A stretch of 57,989 nucleotides of DNA. Origin: a virus. Lineage: Duplodnaviria; Caudoviricetes. The translations under genes and the position numbers were made by a program. Below are positions 19,254-29,438 of this stretch, piece by piece (the stretch's first letter is position 1; every line of letters begins with the position of its first letter). Under the pieces are notes generated by a model that was not told the DNA's origin, made no database searches, and was given only the letters and a program-made list of their open reading frames with translations. Location: the IMG/VR virus record IMGVR_UViG_3300044635_001982, positions 1-57,989 of that record; one strand, given 5' to 3'.

Positions 19254-19987
19254 AGCTGAACGGGTGGGAAAGGACGGGCACGGGCATCGAGTTTCAAGCG
19301 CCAGAACCGCAGGTGGCAATTCATATTGCCGCGCGGAGTGTCGTGACGAAAGGCGGCGTCCTCGTGGGCGGAAAGGTGGTCTGACCCGATGCGGTTCCAG
19401 TGGTAGGAAGGAGTGCCGGGGAAAAGGCGTTTGTCGAAGTAGGAATTGGAGGAAATCCACGAGTCGTCGCCGAGCACAAGATCGGGCGGGAAATTTTGGA
19501 AACAGAGATCGACCTCCGCGGGTTCCAGCCGCTCGAACAGAGAGACGGCCCAACCGGAGCATTTGATGAGCTTGGCAACGCCTGCGTCGTAGTGGGCGGT
19601 GTAGTTTTCTCCGCAGACCTGCAGGGGGGATTCGTTGCGTTCGGTCACCCGATTCCACGCCGCGACCATTTGGCTGATGTGGTGAGCGTCGATCCAATCG
19701 TCGTCGTCGAGAATGGTCCATGCATCGGAGCGAACCATTTTGAGGTTGGCCATGTGCTGAAGGACGGGGCGGGTGTAGATGTCCTCGTCGTTGACGACCT
19801 CGATGCGGAGGCGGTGCGAGTGAGGCACGCCGAGCAACCGGAGGGGCTGAGGGTGCCGGTTGATGATGAGCAGGCGAGCCCACGGGTAGCTCTGGGCAAT
19901 GAACGAGCGGATCGCGCGGGTCAGAGTGGAGCGCCCGATAGTCTCCATGATGACGGTGACTGTGGGATCAGTGATGTGTTCGCGCAT
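19250..19987 (-). CDS. Glycosyltransferase family 2 (GT-A fold)
   Basis: [27 protein letters not shown]-terminus and an ILDDDDW (DxD) motif; start re-assigned to ATG 19987. Confidence 0.8.
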   Translation of the reverse strand: MREHITDPTVTVIMETIGRSTLTRAIRSFIAQSYPWARLLIINRHPQPLRLLGVPHSHRLRIEVVNDEDIYTRPVLQHMANLKMVRSDAWTILDDDDWIDAHHISQMVAAWNRVTERNESPLQVCGENYTAHYDAGVAKLIKCSGWAVSLFERLEPAEVDLCFQNFPPDLVLGDDSWISSNSYFDKRLFPGTPSYHWNRIGSDHLSAHEDAAFRHDTPRGNMNCHLRFWRLKLDARARPFPPVQL

Positions 19988-19988
19988 G

Positions 19989-20876
19989 TTACAAACCAGA
20001 TGGTCCGGTGGGACCGGTGGGCCCGGTGGGTCCAGTGGGGCCAGTGGGGCCGGTGGGACCGGTGGGGCCAGTGGGTCCGGTGGGGCCAGTGGGGCCAGTG
20101 GGACCGGTAGGACCGGTGGGGCCGGTGGGGCCAGTGGGTCCGGTGGGGCCAGTGGGGCCAGTGGGACCGGTAGGACCGGTGGGGCCGGTGGGGCCAGTGG
20201 GTCCGGTGGGGCCGGTGCCGGCGGTCCATGCCCATGCGGGGACGAGTCCCCAGAAAAGGTTGCCTGCGGAGTCGGCCTTGCGGGCACGCTGCAGGTGGGT
20301 GGTGGTGAGCTGGTCCACGACGAGGCTGGGGTTCAGTTCGGGAAATTCCCCCGGATCGGGATAGAGATTGGCGTCGCCCGAGGGATTGCTGCCGGGGCTT
20401 TTGCCGGTCTGGCAAGAGCGGACGTAGGCGATGGGTTGCCGCCAGACGTTGCTGACGCCGGGAGTGTCGGTGAACATCGTGGTTCCCATGCCCGCGCCGG
20501 ACATGAGGGTGGGGCCTGCGGTGATGTTGCCGGCAAAGTCGAATGTCATCTCCAGCCACACCCAGTCTCCGCTGGTAAGAGTAAGGCGGCTGTGGATGCC
20601 GGTGATGGCGGCGGTGAGAGTGAGATCGGCTTCGTCGAGAAATATCCAGGAGCGTTTGACGTAGGCGTAAGCGCTGGTCTGTGAGGCATCCGTAAAGCCG
20701 GCGAGATAGACCTCGAAGGGGTGAAGGCTGAGCGCGGATGGCACGGAGCGGGAGCCGTGCGGAAGGGGTCCGGCGTCCTCGGTGGCGGTTCCGAAGGCGC
20801 GGGGTTCCGGGATAGCGTGAGGACGGACCTCCCGAATGAGGCTCAGCACTTCCTCCGGTGGCGAGATCTGCACCAT
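19989..20876 (-). CDS. Virion fibre-like protein with C-terminal collagen (GPT)23
   Basis: 23 consecutive Gly-Pro-Thr triplets encoded at 20007-20213. Confidence 0.8.
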   Translation of the reverse strand: MVQISPPEEVLSLIREVRPHAIPEPRAFGTATEDAGPLPHGSRSVPSALSLHPFEVYLAGFTDASQTSAYAYVKRSWIFLDEADLTLTAAITGIHSRLTLTSGDWVWLEMTFDFAGNITAGPTLMSGAGMGTTMFTDTPGVSNVWRQPIAYVRSCQTGKSPGSNPSGDANLYPDPGEFPELNPSLVVDQLTTTHLQRARKADSAGNLFWGLVPAWAWTAGTGPTGPTGPTGPTGPTGPTGPTGPTGPTGPTGPTGPTGPTGPTGPTGPTGPTGPTGPTGPTGPTGPTGPTGPSGL

Positions 20877-20877
20877 G

Positions 20878-21978
20878 TCAGAACGTGGTGAGCCCCACGG
20901 TGGTCATGCGGGAGAGGTCGTATTTCCAAAGCTCTATCGGGGCGTCGATATGCACTTGGCGACCCGGATAGGCTGTGGCGCTTAAGGCAGTGGCAGCCCA
21001 TCCGATGGTTTCGACCATGTAGGGCCATTTGGGGTTTTCGGTGCCGGTGGTAAAAGAGATGGAGTTTTGGGTATCGCACAGCACGCCGAGCTGCCGGACA
21101 GGCGGGAAGAACTGGTTGTCCAGGATGATGTCCGCCGTGGGCGGATTTTCGAGGGTCGGGCGCGAGCTGAGCAGGGCGGATGCGGAGTTGTAGGTCTTGG
21201 TGCGGGTGAAGGCCACGTCCTGCGTGAGCGCGGGGCGGCGGGAGTAAACCAGCGCGATGTTCACGGAGCCGTCCCATGCGGATTGGTCGTTGGCAGTGAC
21301 GCCGTAGAGCAGCGGGGGAGCGGTGTACTGGCCGGTGGGATAATCGACGACGGAGAGGCTGGCGAAATTGAGCAGGGTGGCGAAGGTGATGTTGCCGTAG
21401 AGGTCATTGATCGGCGCGTAACTGACGGAAGTGCCGATGGAAAAGGCGATGCTTTTCGCCCCGGAATAAGACTGGGCGGAACCGCCGGGCGTGGCGGCGG
21501 CGCCGAAGGTGCCGGCGGAAATGTTTGACGACACCACCCATGCACCGACGCCCGCGACGAGGACATACATGCCATCGACGAGGCGGTGTCCGGCCAACGT
21601 GAGGGTGGTGCCGCTGCCGGTGGCGGTGCCGAGGGCTTTGCTGAGAGGGAACGCCGGCTTGGCGACCTGCTGGGAGCTGATGATGACGGGGGACTGGGTT
21701 TCGGCGTCCTGCTCCTGGGTGGTGAGCATCGGCCCCGGCAAAGTCGCGTAAACCAGATAGACCTCCACGTCGTTGTGGTCGCGAGCCAGCTCGACGACTT
21801 CGACGAGCAGGGAGCCGGGGAAGTCTGTGAGGGTGGTGGGGATGTCGTCCACGCGGCCCTTGGGGACGGAATAGACGCGCTCGAGACGAGGGTAGGAGGT
21901 GCCGCCGTAGGGGTAAGTGACCTTGGGCGCGCCGCGGAGGGCGCGGAGGGAGTCGAGGTAGTGTTTGGCGGGGACCAA
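20878..21978 (-). CDS. Putative tail/virion structural protein
   Basis: 366 aa, T/S/G-rich beta-type composition, within the structural operon. Confidence 0.6.
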   Translation of the reverse strand: MVPAKHYLDSLRALRGAPKVTYPYGGTSYPRLERVYSVPKGRVDDIPTTLTDFPGSLLVEVVELARDHNDVEVYLVYATLPGPMLTTQEQDAETQSPVIISSQQVAKPAFPLSKALGTATGSGTTLTLAGHRLVDGMYVLVAGVGAWVVSSNISAGTFGAAATPGGSAQSYSGAKSIAFSIGTSVSYAPINDLYGNITFATLLNFASLSVVDYPTGQYTAPPLLYGVTANDQSAWDGSVNIALVYSRRPALTQDVAFTRTKTYNSASALLSSRPTLENPPTADIILDNQFFPPVRQLGVLCDTQNSISFTTGTENPKWPYMVETIGWAATALSATAYPGRQVHIDAPIELWKYDLSRMTTVGLTTF

Positions 21979-22017
21979 TTTAGGGGAAGGGCTGAGGGAT
22001 GAAGGCTGGAGGATGAA

Positions 22018-22248
22018 TCATGGCTCGGGCTTGGGCGGGACAGGGGGTCTCTGCCGGGCGGCGCGGCGACGTTCGGCGGGGGTCAGCTTGCGATCATTCC
22101 AGCGGCGAAAGATGCCGCGCTTCTCGTCCTGCTGGCGAGCGCGGCGGGCGATGGCGTCGGCCTCGCGGGAGGTCAGATAGTGGGGCGGCGGAGGAGCGGT
22201 CCGGCGGGGCCGGTTGCGCACGCCGCCGGCGCTGCGAGGCTCGCCCAT
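22018..22248 (-). CDS. Small basic hypothetical protein
   Basis: Starts 1 nt after the upstream stop. Confidence 0.4.
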   Translation of the reverse strand: MGEPRSAGGVRNRPRRTAPPPPHYLTSREADAIARRARQQDEKRGIFRRWNDRKLTPAERRRAARQRPPVPPKPEP

Positions 22249-22249
22249 T

Positions 22250-23209
22250 TCAGCGCCAGCCTCCGGTGACGATGACTCCTCCGGTCTGGGGCTGGGGTTT
22301 CCAAGCCTCGATCTCGGCGAGCAGCGCGGGGCGATCCTCGCGAAAACGGGCGCGGGCGTCGGCGTTTTTGAAAAACGTGGACCGGCTCCAGTGGTAGAGA
22401 AAGAGGGGCAGGAGAAAGCGTTCGTCCAGGCCGGCGGGCAAAGCGAAGTTGCGCGCGGGGTCGGTGCCTTCGCTGCCGAAATTGGCGACGGTCACGGCAA
22501 GCGGGCGCACGCCGGCATCGAAGCGCAGGGAATAGGCGATGTCCGGGAGGGGAGTCAGGAAAAGCCTGATGGAGGATGCGCCGGATTCGAGCAGGTGGAC
22601 ATCGGCGAAATAAGCCTCGGGCTGCGCGATGGTGCGCGGCTGAACGGAGCGGCGGTAGCCGGCGGGAACGCGGCCCCAGTCGGTGTGCTCAAGATTCTGG
22701 CCGGGATCGTAGCCGAGCAGGGCGGCTTTGCCGGCGAGCGGGGTGAGGATGCGGATGTCCGAAAGCCAGACCGGGCCGAGCGGGCGGGAGAACGCGGAGT
22801 CGAGCAGCACGGCATCGCCGTAGAGGGTGGCGGTCTGCGTGCCGGTGGGGCCGGTGTAGGGGAAGAGGAGCTTGGTGGATGCGCCCTCGGTGCGGATGGC
22901 GTTGTATTCGGACTGGCCGGCGATGAGCAGGGTATTGCCGTGGAGCGGGCTGGTGAAGCTGGTGGCACTGACGGCGGTGCTGCCATTGGTCACGGCGACG
23001 GTGCCGGTCTGCGGGGCGAGGACCGTGGCGCCGACCTCGCGCTTGAAGAGGGCGGGGTTGGTCTCGAAAAGCTCCTGCTGCGCGGAGTTGGCGGCGTTCA
23101 TCAGCGCGCGGAAGACGCCGGTGGAGGCGGTGCCGGTGTATTCCGTGAGGGTGATGGAATACTCCCCGATGTAGCTCAGACCTTCATAAGCGAGCTGCTG
23201 GGCGGTCAT
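22250..23209 (-). CDS. Putative head-tail adaptor / tail tubular protein
   Basis: MTAQQLAYEGLSYIGE N-terminus and a YFAD...IRLFLTPLPD...YSLRFD pattern typical of podophage adaptors; position downstream of the capsid. Confidence 0.55.
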   Translation of the reverse strand: MTAQQLAYEGLSYIGEYSITLTEYTGTASTGVFRALMNAANSAQQELFETNPALFKREVGATVLAPQTGTVAVTNGSTAVSATSFTSPLHGNTLLIAGQSEYNAIRTEGASTKLLFPYTGPTGTQTATLYGDAVLLDSAFSRPLGPVWLSDIRILTPLAGKAALLGYDPGQNLEHTDWGRVPAGYRRSVQPRTIAQPEAYFADVHLLESGASSIRLFLTPLPDIAYSLRFDAGVRPLAVTVANFGSEGTDPARNFALPAGLDERFLLPLFLYHWSRSTFFKNADARARFREDRPALLAEIEAWKPQPQTGGVIVTGGWR

Positions 23210-23254
23210 CGGAGGGTTGAGTGTTGAAAGTTGAGTGTTGAGTGACGCGCGGGG

Positions 23255-23875
23255 TTACTTCGCGGGCTTTTTCGCGGGTTTCTTCGCGGGTTTCTTCGCG
23301 GGAACGGTCAGGGCTCGAACGATATTTCCAAACAGGGAGTCCTTGGCCTTCTGCTCCGCGGGCAGTTCCGCGTAGGCCACGAGGCAGGGGTGCTCCTTTT
23401 TCTCCGCATCCTTGACCGGACCATACACCCAACCGGCTGCGAGTTTGTCGGCGGTCCATGCGTCGTGTTGCGCGCTGGCGGGGGCGTCGGGATGGGCCAG
23501 GCTGAACTCCACTCCTTTGATCGCGCTTTCGCGTTGCCAGGCTTCAGCTTCGCTCCAGGACTTTTGGCTGTGATCGCCGATCGTTGCGCAATAGGCCCGG
23601 TTGGTTTCGTGGCAGACCACCGCAATTTTTTCGATGGCGGAAAGGGCGCTGAAATCCGCCGTGGGTATGGCTCGCGCGGCCTCGATGCCGGGGAAGATTT
23701 TCCACTGGGTCTCGGCGTTGATGATGTCGCGGGCGCGGGCCTGGAAGTCCTCGATGGAGGTGAAGCGGTGGACGTGGCGGGCGAGCTGCGGATCCCAGAC
23801 GAAAGGGGTACCGAGTCCGCCGGAGAGGAGGACTTCGGTGGGGCCGTGGTCTTCGATGTAGAGGTAGGGAAGCAT
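23255..23875 (-). CDS. RyR-domain protein
   Basis: HDAWTADKLAAGWVYGPVKDAEKKEHPCLVAYAELPAEQKAKD is the RyR repeat signature; C-terminal PAKK repeats. Confidence 0.85.
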   Translation of the reverse strand: MLPYLYIEDHGPTEVLLSGGLGTPFVWDPQLARHVHRFTSIEDFQARARDIINAETQWKIFPGIEAARAIPTADFSALSAIEKIAVVCHETNRAYCATIGDHSQKSWSEAEAWQRESAIKGVEFSLAHPDAPASAQHDAWTADKLAAGWVYGPVKDAEKKEHPCLVAYAELPAEQKAKDSLFGNIVRALTVPAKKPAKKPAKKPAK

Positions 23876-23920
23876 GGCGGAAGTTGAGTGTTGAGAGTTG
23901 AGTGTTGAGTGACCGGATGG

Positions 23921-23954
23921 AAAAGAGCGGGCCGGCGGCTGTCCGCCGGCCCGC
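23921..23954 (-). terminator. Rho-independent terminator after the major capsid gene
   Basis: 12-bp stem GCGGGCCGGCGG/CCGCCGGCCCGC with a 4-nt loop, followed by TCTTTT on the minus strand. Confidence 0.75.
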
Positions 23955-23973
23955 GATTTTTCAACCCAGCGGT

Positions 23974-25596
23974 TTAGCTGGTGACGGTGGGCAGGTTGGC
24001 GAGACCCTGCGGGCGGTAAGCCGCCTCGATGAGCGCGTAGTTGCGCACGCCGAGCTGGGTGTCTTTGGCAAGGCCCTGGCCGTAGGTGGCGAGGAAGCCC
24101 ATGCCTTTCTTCATGCCCCAATCGCCCATTTCGGTGATTGGTTTGATGGCGGGTCCGCCGTAGGCGCGCAGGCCGGCCATCGCGCCCATGCCGATGCCCC
24201 AGCAGTAGGGGACGGCCTTGGCGTTGACCAGGACGATGCGGGAACCGGCGGGATGCCAGTTCGTGTGCTTCGTGGAGTCCCAGGTGATGCCAGCGAGTGA
24301 GGCGAAGCGCGTGCCGGAGGCGGCGCTGCCGTTGCCCGCAGAATCGACACCGCCGAGCAGGCCGGAAAGGATGATCCGGTTGCCGTTGTTGTCGCTGCCG
24401 GTGTAGCGGTAGATGCCGTATTTGCCGGCTTCGCCGCCCGCGCCTGCGCTCGTCACGTTGTAGATGATGAGGTAATACACGCCGCTGTCCGCGCTTGGGG
24501 CGTCGTGGCCGAGCAGGGAGTAGGGATTGCCCGGAAACCACTCAAACGGGAAGTGCGTGGTGGAGACATCGGAGCGGCCCCCGCCATAGACGGTGATGGT
24601 GGTGGCGTCGGTGACGGTGCGGTTGTTCAGCGTGGCCCCACCGAGCAGAGCCTCGGGCTGGATGGGTGCGCCGAGCGGGCCGCGGGTGTCCTCGTGGACG
24701 ACATCCATGTGGAAGATCGCCTGGTTGTCATACTTGGCGTAGCCGCCGCTCCAGATGACGTTCTCATTGCCGCGCACCGCCGCGTCGCGGAGCGACTGGA
24801 GGTAGGTGCTGTTGCTTTTGAGCGGAGTCAGGAAGCGGTCGCTGCCGAGGATGATGTAGCCGAGGACATCGGCGCTGAACTTGTCGATCTTGCGCTTGGT
24901 CAGGTTGGCCGGCGGGCAGGCCCGCGTTTTGAGCAGGCTGGCCGTGTCGCTGATGAGCGTGGTGTTCATGACGTCGGCGGTGAGCAGGGTATCCGTGGTG
25001 GCGCGGTCGTTGGGCCGGATGGTATTGGCCGCGGTGGCGTAGCGCCTCCAGAGCATGAACATGTCGTTCTGGCGCTGGAGCCCGAAGAATTCGGAGAGCA
25101 CTTCGGCATAGGATTCCTCCACGCTGGCACCCGCCGCGAGGAAGCGCTGCATTTTCTCCGTCCAGCCGAGACCGTGCCGGGCGATGTCGATCTTCAGGTT
25201 GAAGCTGTTGAAGTCGAGCGCTTCGGCCTCCAGGGCGGTTTCGCCGATGGTGATGCGGCCGCCGGGGCGGGACATCGTGGTGAAGTTCACGAGATCCTGC
25301 GCGCCTTTGGTCAGGTCAGTTTTGATGCAGATCGGTCGCCCCGAACCCTCCGGGCCTTCCATCTGGCCGAGGATGTCGTTGTTCGCGGTCTGCAGCAGCA
25401 TGAGCTTGCTGAAGGCTTCGCCGACGACCTTGCTATTCTGCGCGCGGGCGGCGGTGTAGGTATTGACGGTGGAAAGCCGTCCGTCCGCGAAGAGCGGAGG
25501 CGGCACCAGTAGCTCGCCGGAATGGGCGAGTGCGGAGACGAACGTGACGGCGAAGAGCACTAAGGCCCTGCAACCGCGGGTGATGAGATGTTTCAT
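23974..25596 (-). CDS. Major capsid protein, N4-gp56/DUF4043-like
   Basis: DLTKGAQDLVNFT...GETALEAEALDFNSFNLKIDIARHG pattern; follows the scaffold and precedes a terminator. Confidence 0.8.
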   Translation of the reverse strand: MKHLITRGCRALVLFAVTFVSALAHSGELLVPPPLFADGRLSTVNTYTAARAQNSKVVGEAFSKLMLLQTANNDILGQMEGPEGSGRPICIKTDLTKGAQDLVNFTTMSRPGGRITIGETALEAEALDFNSFNLKIDIARHGLGWTEKMQRFLAAGASVEESYAEVLSEFFGLQRQNDMFMLWRRYATAANTIRPNDRATTDTLLTADVMNTTLISDTASLLKTRACPPANLTKRKIDKFSADVLGYIILGSDRFLTPLKSNSTYLQSLRDAAVRGNENVIWSGGYAKYDNQAIFHMDVVHEDTRGPLGAPIQPEALLGGATLNNRTVTDATTITVYGGGRSDVSTTHFPFEWFPGNPYSLLGHDAPSADSGVYYLIIYNVTSAGAGGEAGKYGIYRYTGSDNNGNRIILSGLLGGVDSAGNGSAASGTRFASLAGITWDSTKHTNWHPAGSRIVLVNAKAVPYCWGIGMGAMAGLRAYGGPAIKPITEMGDWGMKKGMGFLATYGQGLAKDTQLGVRNYALIEAAYRPQGLANLPTVTS

Positions 25597-25623
25597 TGGA
25601 TGATGAGTAACTGCGGTGATGAT

Positions 25624-26757
25624 TTAGCTGCCGAAGGGTGTCCCGACTCTGCGGAGGACGGCCTTGATTTTGTCAGGGTCATCGCCCGCGGCCTCGAGCA
25701 TTTCGGCGGCGGTGGGTTGTTTGGTGCTCGTCGCGCCGGGCGTTGCGCCGCTGGCGGGACTGGGCGGGACCGGACGGGCCGGTTTCTTGGGCACGACCGC
25801 GGGGGTCGGCTTGGGAGCGGCTGCGGCGGACGCCGGCGGCCGGTAATTGATCTGCCGCGCGGCTTTGGCGGCGAAAGTGACGGGCCAGTCGGGATCCACG
25901 AACGCGGACGGCGGGGCGGCGGCGATGAGGTCGTCGGTGACTTGGGAAAGCTCGGAGTTTTCATCGTCCAAGTCGGGATACAACTCGGTGGCGTATTTTG
26001 CGGCGGCGTTGACTTCGGTTTGCAGCTTCGTCAGCTCCTGCGCCTGCGACTCGGCGGCGGCGCTTTCGGCTTTCGCCTCAAGCTTGCCGATCTCGTGCAG
26101 CGCCTTGTTGTGGGCGATCTGGAGCTTGGCGAGCTTGGGCGTGTCGAAAGCCGTGGCGGCGTCCTCGATCTGCTTTTCGATTTCGGCGATCTCGGTCTGC
26201 TTGGCGGCGAGGTCGTCGGATGGGACGGATGGGGCCGATGCGGCGGCGGGTTTGGAGGACAGAACGCCCTCGGCGATCAATTCGGCTCGGGCCTGGTCGA
26301 TGGTCAGACCGTCCTTTTCCGCCATGCGGGCGATGACCTTGCGGTCGTCTTCGGCAAAGCGGGTGATGCGGACGCGGGCGGGGTCTTTGCGCTTGGCGGC
26401 GTCGGCTTCGGCTTTGGCCTGGGCATCGGCGGCGGCGGCATCGGCTTCGGCCTTGGCCGTTTGATCGGCCTCGGCTTGGGCTGCGTCTGCAGCAGCGGCA
26501 TCGGCTTCGGCCTGCTCCTGCTCCTCGGGTGTGGGCTGGGCGTCGTCTAGGACATTCCAGTTGTCGGTGGCGACGCGCGGCGTGGCGAGAGCGCCGGAAT
26601 TGGCGCGGAGCTGGGCGCGGATTTCTTCGAGGGACTCCCCGGCCTCAACGGGCTGGGGAACGGCGTCCGGCGCAGGGGCCGTCTGGGTTTCCGCGGGAGG
26701 CGTGACGCCATCCGGGGCGGGGTTCTCGGCAGTCGCCGGAGAAGAGGTGGATTCCAT
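25624..26757 (-). CDS. Capsid scaffolding protein
   Basis: Acidic A/E/P-rich coiled-coil protein directly upstream of the MCP. Confidence 0.7.
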   Translation of the reverse strand: MESTSSPATAENPAPDGVTPPAETQTAPAPDAVPQPVEAGESLEEIRAQLRANSGALATPRVATDNWNVLDDAQPTPEEQEQAEADAAAADAAQAEADQTAKAEADAAAADAQAKAEADAAKRKDPARVRITRFAEDDRKVIARMAEKDGLTIDQARAELIAEGVLSSKPAAASAPSVPSDDLAAKQTEIAEIEKQIEDAATAFDTPKLAKLQIAHNKALHEIGKLEAKAESAAAESQAQELTKLQTEVNAAAKYATELYPDLDDENSELSQVTDDLIAAAPPSAFVDPDWPVTFAAKAARQINYRPPASAAAAPKPTPAVVPKKPARPVPPSPASGATPGATSTKQPTAAEMLEAAGDDPDKIKAVLRRVGTPFGS

Positions 26758-26767
26758 GTCCGCCGTG

Positions 26768-26796
26768 CGGTTAGGCGCGGGCGGGGTTTAGGCAAG
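26768..26796 (-). promoter_or_regulatory. Class-L promoter-like motif CTTGCNNAA-N14-TARC (one of about 9 copies)
   Basis: CTTGCCTAA-N14-TAACCG, 10 nt before the scaffold ATG. Other copies at 27333-27361(-), 30873-30901(-), 34181-34209(-), 43126-43154, 49818-49846, 50899-50927, 52421-52449 and 57076-57104. Confidence 0.65.
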
Positions 26797-26810
26797 CCAA
26801 AAAGGAGCCG

Positions 26811-27296
26811 TCAGGCGGACTGGCCTTTGAGGACGGCGAAATTGATGACCATCAGCGCATTCAGCGCGTTGGAACCGTGGAGATTGGTGATGACGATCTT
26901 GCACGAGCCGTCGGCCACGGCGCGGACGGACACCGCGGGCGTGCCGGCTCCGTCGTACGTGGTGGACACCGCGATGATGTCCTTCGCGGTGATCTTGCTG
27001 TTGGTGAGCGTGAAAGTTTCCTCGGCGGCGGCGGCGGTGGTGAGCGCCACGGTGGTGATCTGTCCGCACGCGGTGTTGAGCACGACGGCTGTGGAGGCGC
27101 TGGTGATCTGCGTGACCGCTCCGCCATTGCCGGGCGTGTAGCCGAAGACGCCATCGAGGGCGGCGACGACCGCCGTGGCGAGACGGCTGAACAAAGCCAG
27201 CGAGACGCGCGCGAACGGATGAATGGGGGTGGACGGCGGGAGGTTGTTGTTGATGGAGAACTGGTCGGCTTCGTCGAGGAAATTGGGCGGGATCAT
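26811..27296 (-). CDS. Putative capsid decoration / virion protein
   Basis: GGAVTQITSASTAVVLNTACGQIT... small beta-rich protein next to the head genes. Confidence 0.55.
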   Translation of the reverse strand: MIPPNFLDEADQFSINNNLPPSTPIHPFARVSLALFSRLATAVVAALDGVFGYTPGNGGAVTQITSASTAVVLNTACGQITTVALTTAAAAEETFTLTNSKITAKDIIAVSTTYDGAGTPAVSVRAVADGSCKIVITNLHGSNALNALMVINFAVLKGQSA

Positions 27297-27375
27297 AGGA
27301 TGGGTGTCGGTGGTTGCGGTGGTTGCGGGGTGCGGTTATGGGCGCGGGCGGATTGGGCAAGGATTTCTTTCGCGG

Positions 27376-27573
27376 TCACGGAAGCTGGGCTTCGGCGAAG
27401 TAGCGGAGAGATCGCCAGAAATTGGCGATGCGGATTTTCTCGCGGTCGCCGCCGGCGTGGGCCCGGGCGCGCTGGTGCTCCTCCATTTGCGCGGCGTGCT
27501 CGATGAAATGGGCGCGCACCTCCGCGAACCCGCCGGGGAGCGGAGGAGCGGGCGGCGGTGGGTCGTCGGGCAT
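27376..27573 (-). CDS. Hypothetical protein (65 aa)
   Basis: ATG 10 nt after the endolysin stop. Confidence 0.45.
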   Translation of the reverse strand: MPDDPPPPAPPLPGGFAEVRAHFIEHAAQMEEHQRARAHAGGDREKIRIANFWRSLRYFAEAQLP

Positions 27574-27583
27574 GGGGCGGGAA

Positions 27584-28126
27584 TCATCGCGGCGTGATCC
27601 AATCGCGGACGGAATGAACCTGGGCGCGGAGGCGGCGCTTGCGGTGGATGCCGCCGCCGTCGCGATCGGCGGCGCTGCCGGCCCTGGCCTCGGGCGAAGT
27701 ATTGGCCTCGATGGTGACAAACACCGACGGGCGCGACTCTTCGATGAACAGGGCGTGGGCAATGCGGCCTTTCGCGGGGAAGTAGATTCCGGCGGCGTCG
27801 CCGGCTTGCGGCTCGCGCCCGCCGTGGGCGCGCGTCCAGGTGGGGTTCCGGACCATGTCGGGGCTCCACGCCGAGCGGGGGTAAAGCCGGGGATGACCGG
27901 CCTTCATGCCGCAGTAGTAGATGAAGGAAGCGCAGTAGGGATCGCCGCGGCGGTTGCCGGTGGAGGCGAGGATGGCTTCGATGACGGGGCCGTCGTTGCG
28001 TCCGGTGCGCTCCGTGGTGCCGATGAGCGACCGCGCGACCGCCATGACGTCCGCGCGCGGATCGGCGTGGCCGGACAGCGGGAGGAAAATGAGCAGGAGC
28101 GCGAGAATCAAACCGGGACGAGCCAT
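27584..28126 (-). CDS. CHAP-type endolysin with N-terminal signal peptide
   Basis: PYCASF catalytic Cys, IAHALFI His and TIEANT; hydrophobic leader MARPGLILALLLIFLPLSGHA. Confidence 0.8.
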   Translation of the reverse strand: MARPGLILALLLIFLPLSGHADPRADVMAVARSLIGTTERTGRNDGPVIEAILASTGNRRGDPYCASFIYYCGMKAGHPRLYPRSAWSPDMVRNPTWTRAHGGREPQAGDAAGIYFPAKGRIAHALFIEESRPSVFVTIEANTSPEARAGSAADRDGGGIHRKRRLRAQVHSVRDWITPR

Positions 28127-28527
28127 AGACAGACGAGGTAGCCGGCAAAAAGGAAGGAGAGGATGAACGCGAGGGCGATGAGTCGCTGCTGGTCGGACAG
28201 CTCTTCCCAGGCCTTGCGAAAGCCGGCGGTGTCGAGCCAGCGGTCCACGGTCGCGAAGTTGATGGCGAGCGCAACCCACGCCAAGGCGATGCCGAAGAGG
28301 TAATAGACCGCGGCGACGATGGGGCGCTGGAGGTAGCCGGCATCGAAAGTGGCGGCGGTAGGGTCGATCTGGTGAAGGAGCTTTGGCGAGACCCAGAAAA
28401 GCGCGACGGCGAGGGCGAGAGCGGGGAGCCACTGGAAGGAGGGAAGGATTTTACGAAGCCAGAAAAGCGCGACGGCGAAAAGGAGGGCGGGGAGCCTCTG
28501 GAGTTTGGCGATGATTTTGCGGAGCAT
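28108..28527 (-). CDS. Holin-like membrane protein
   Basis: 3-4 hydrophobic segments; overlaps the endolysin start. Confidence 0.65.
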   Translation of the reverse strand: MLRKIIAKLQRLPALLFAVALFWLRKILPSFQWLPALALAVALFWVSPKLLHQIDPTAATFDAGYLQRPIVAAVYYLFGIALAWVALAINFATVDRWLDTAGFRKAWEELSDQQRLIALAFILSFLFAGYLVCLWLVPV

Positions 28528-28545
28528 GGTGGATGGGGTTGCGAA

Positions 28546-29133
28546 TTAGAAGAGGCGGGCGAGGACGGGGCCGATGACGGGGAGGGTGAGCAGCCAGGCT
28601 TTGAAGGTGAAGAGGGCGACGATGCCGAGCGCGAGCGCGGTGAACGCACCGAACCAGCGCCACGCCCATTTCTGCCAAGAGTCGGCGTTGGCGACAGTCA
28701 CGGCCACCTTGTCCTGCGCGGTAGCGATGGATGTCTTCATGCCCTCGATGGTGAGGACGAGCCGTTCATTCTGGCGCGTCAGCGTGCCGACGGTTTCGTT
28801 AAGGACATCGCCTTCGCGCTCCGCCACGCGGAGCTTCATGAGGAGCAGGGCGGTGTCGGCGTCCGGGCGGGTGCGATCCATTCTCTCCGCAGTTTCCCGC
28901 GCCTCCACGATGCCCGTGCGCAGGCGGGCGACGCTTTCCTTTTGGCGGCGGATCGTGACGCTCTGTTCTCCGGCGATGCGACCCGCTTTTTCCGCGGTCT
29001 TGGCGACGGGGGCCATGATGCGGCGGGCGCGCGTAGGGGCGCGAGCACAGCCGGACAAAAGCATGGAGAGCAACAGCGCGGCGATGAGCAGCCACGGCCG
29101 CAGGTTGATCTCGGAGTGGGCGGAGGCGCGCAT
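28546..29133 (-). CDS. Putative unimolecular spanin
   Basis: Lipobox LLSG-C, central coiled coil and C-terminal transmembrane helix; in the lysis cluster. Confidence 0.65.
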   Translation of the reverse strand: MRASAHSEINLRPWLLIAALLLSMLLSGCARAPTRARRIMAPVAKTAEKAGRIAGEQSVTIRRQKESVARLRTGIVEARETAERMDRTRPDADTALLLMKLRVAEREGDVLNETVGTLTRQNERLVLTIEGMKTSIATAQDKVAVTVANADSWQKWAWRWFGAFTALALGIVALFTFKAWLLTLPVIGPVLARLF

Positions 29134-29432
29134 CAGGGCTGGCGGTAAACGCGGCGCTCCAGGCCGGTCAGGCGGTCTGCGTGCGCCGTGATGGAAGCCT
29201 CGTGGCGGGCAAGGGAGGGAGTCACGGTGGCTTTCCAGCCGGCATCCCGCTCCACGGCGAGGGTGAGGGCGGCGATGGAGGTGCTTTGGTTGGCCATCTC
29301 GTTTTTCATCCCGGCGAATTCCACGCCGGAATAAAAGCCGCCGAGGGCCACGGCCACGAGGACGAGGAGAGCCCAGCGCCCGACGGTGCGCTGCACCATC
29401 TCTTCGACGGCACTGGCGTCTTCGTGGCTCAT
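29133..29432 (-). CDS. Single-TM coiled-coil protein (lysis cluster)
   Basis: WALLVLVAVALGGFY TM followed by a coiled coil. Confidence 0.6.
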   Translation of the reverse strand: MSHEDASAVEEMVQRTVGRWALLVLVAVALGGFYSGVEFAGMKNEMANQSTSIAALTLAVERDAGWKATVTPSLARHEASITAHADRLTGLERRVYRQP

Positions 29433-29438
29433 GCGGCT

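Noticed and set aside
19988-20287. GT2 frame stays open through the collagen repeat (possible frameshift fusion)
   Set aside because: The 9-nt repeat lacks stops in that frame by composition. No slippery site was seen and the GT has its own ATG at 19987.
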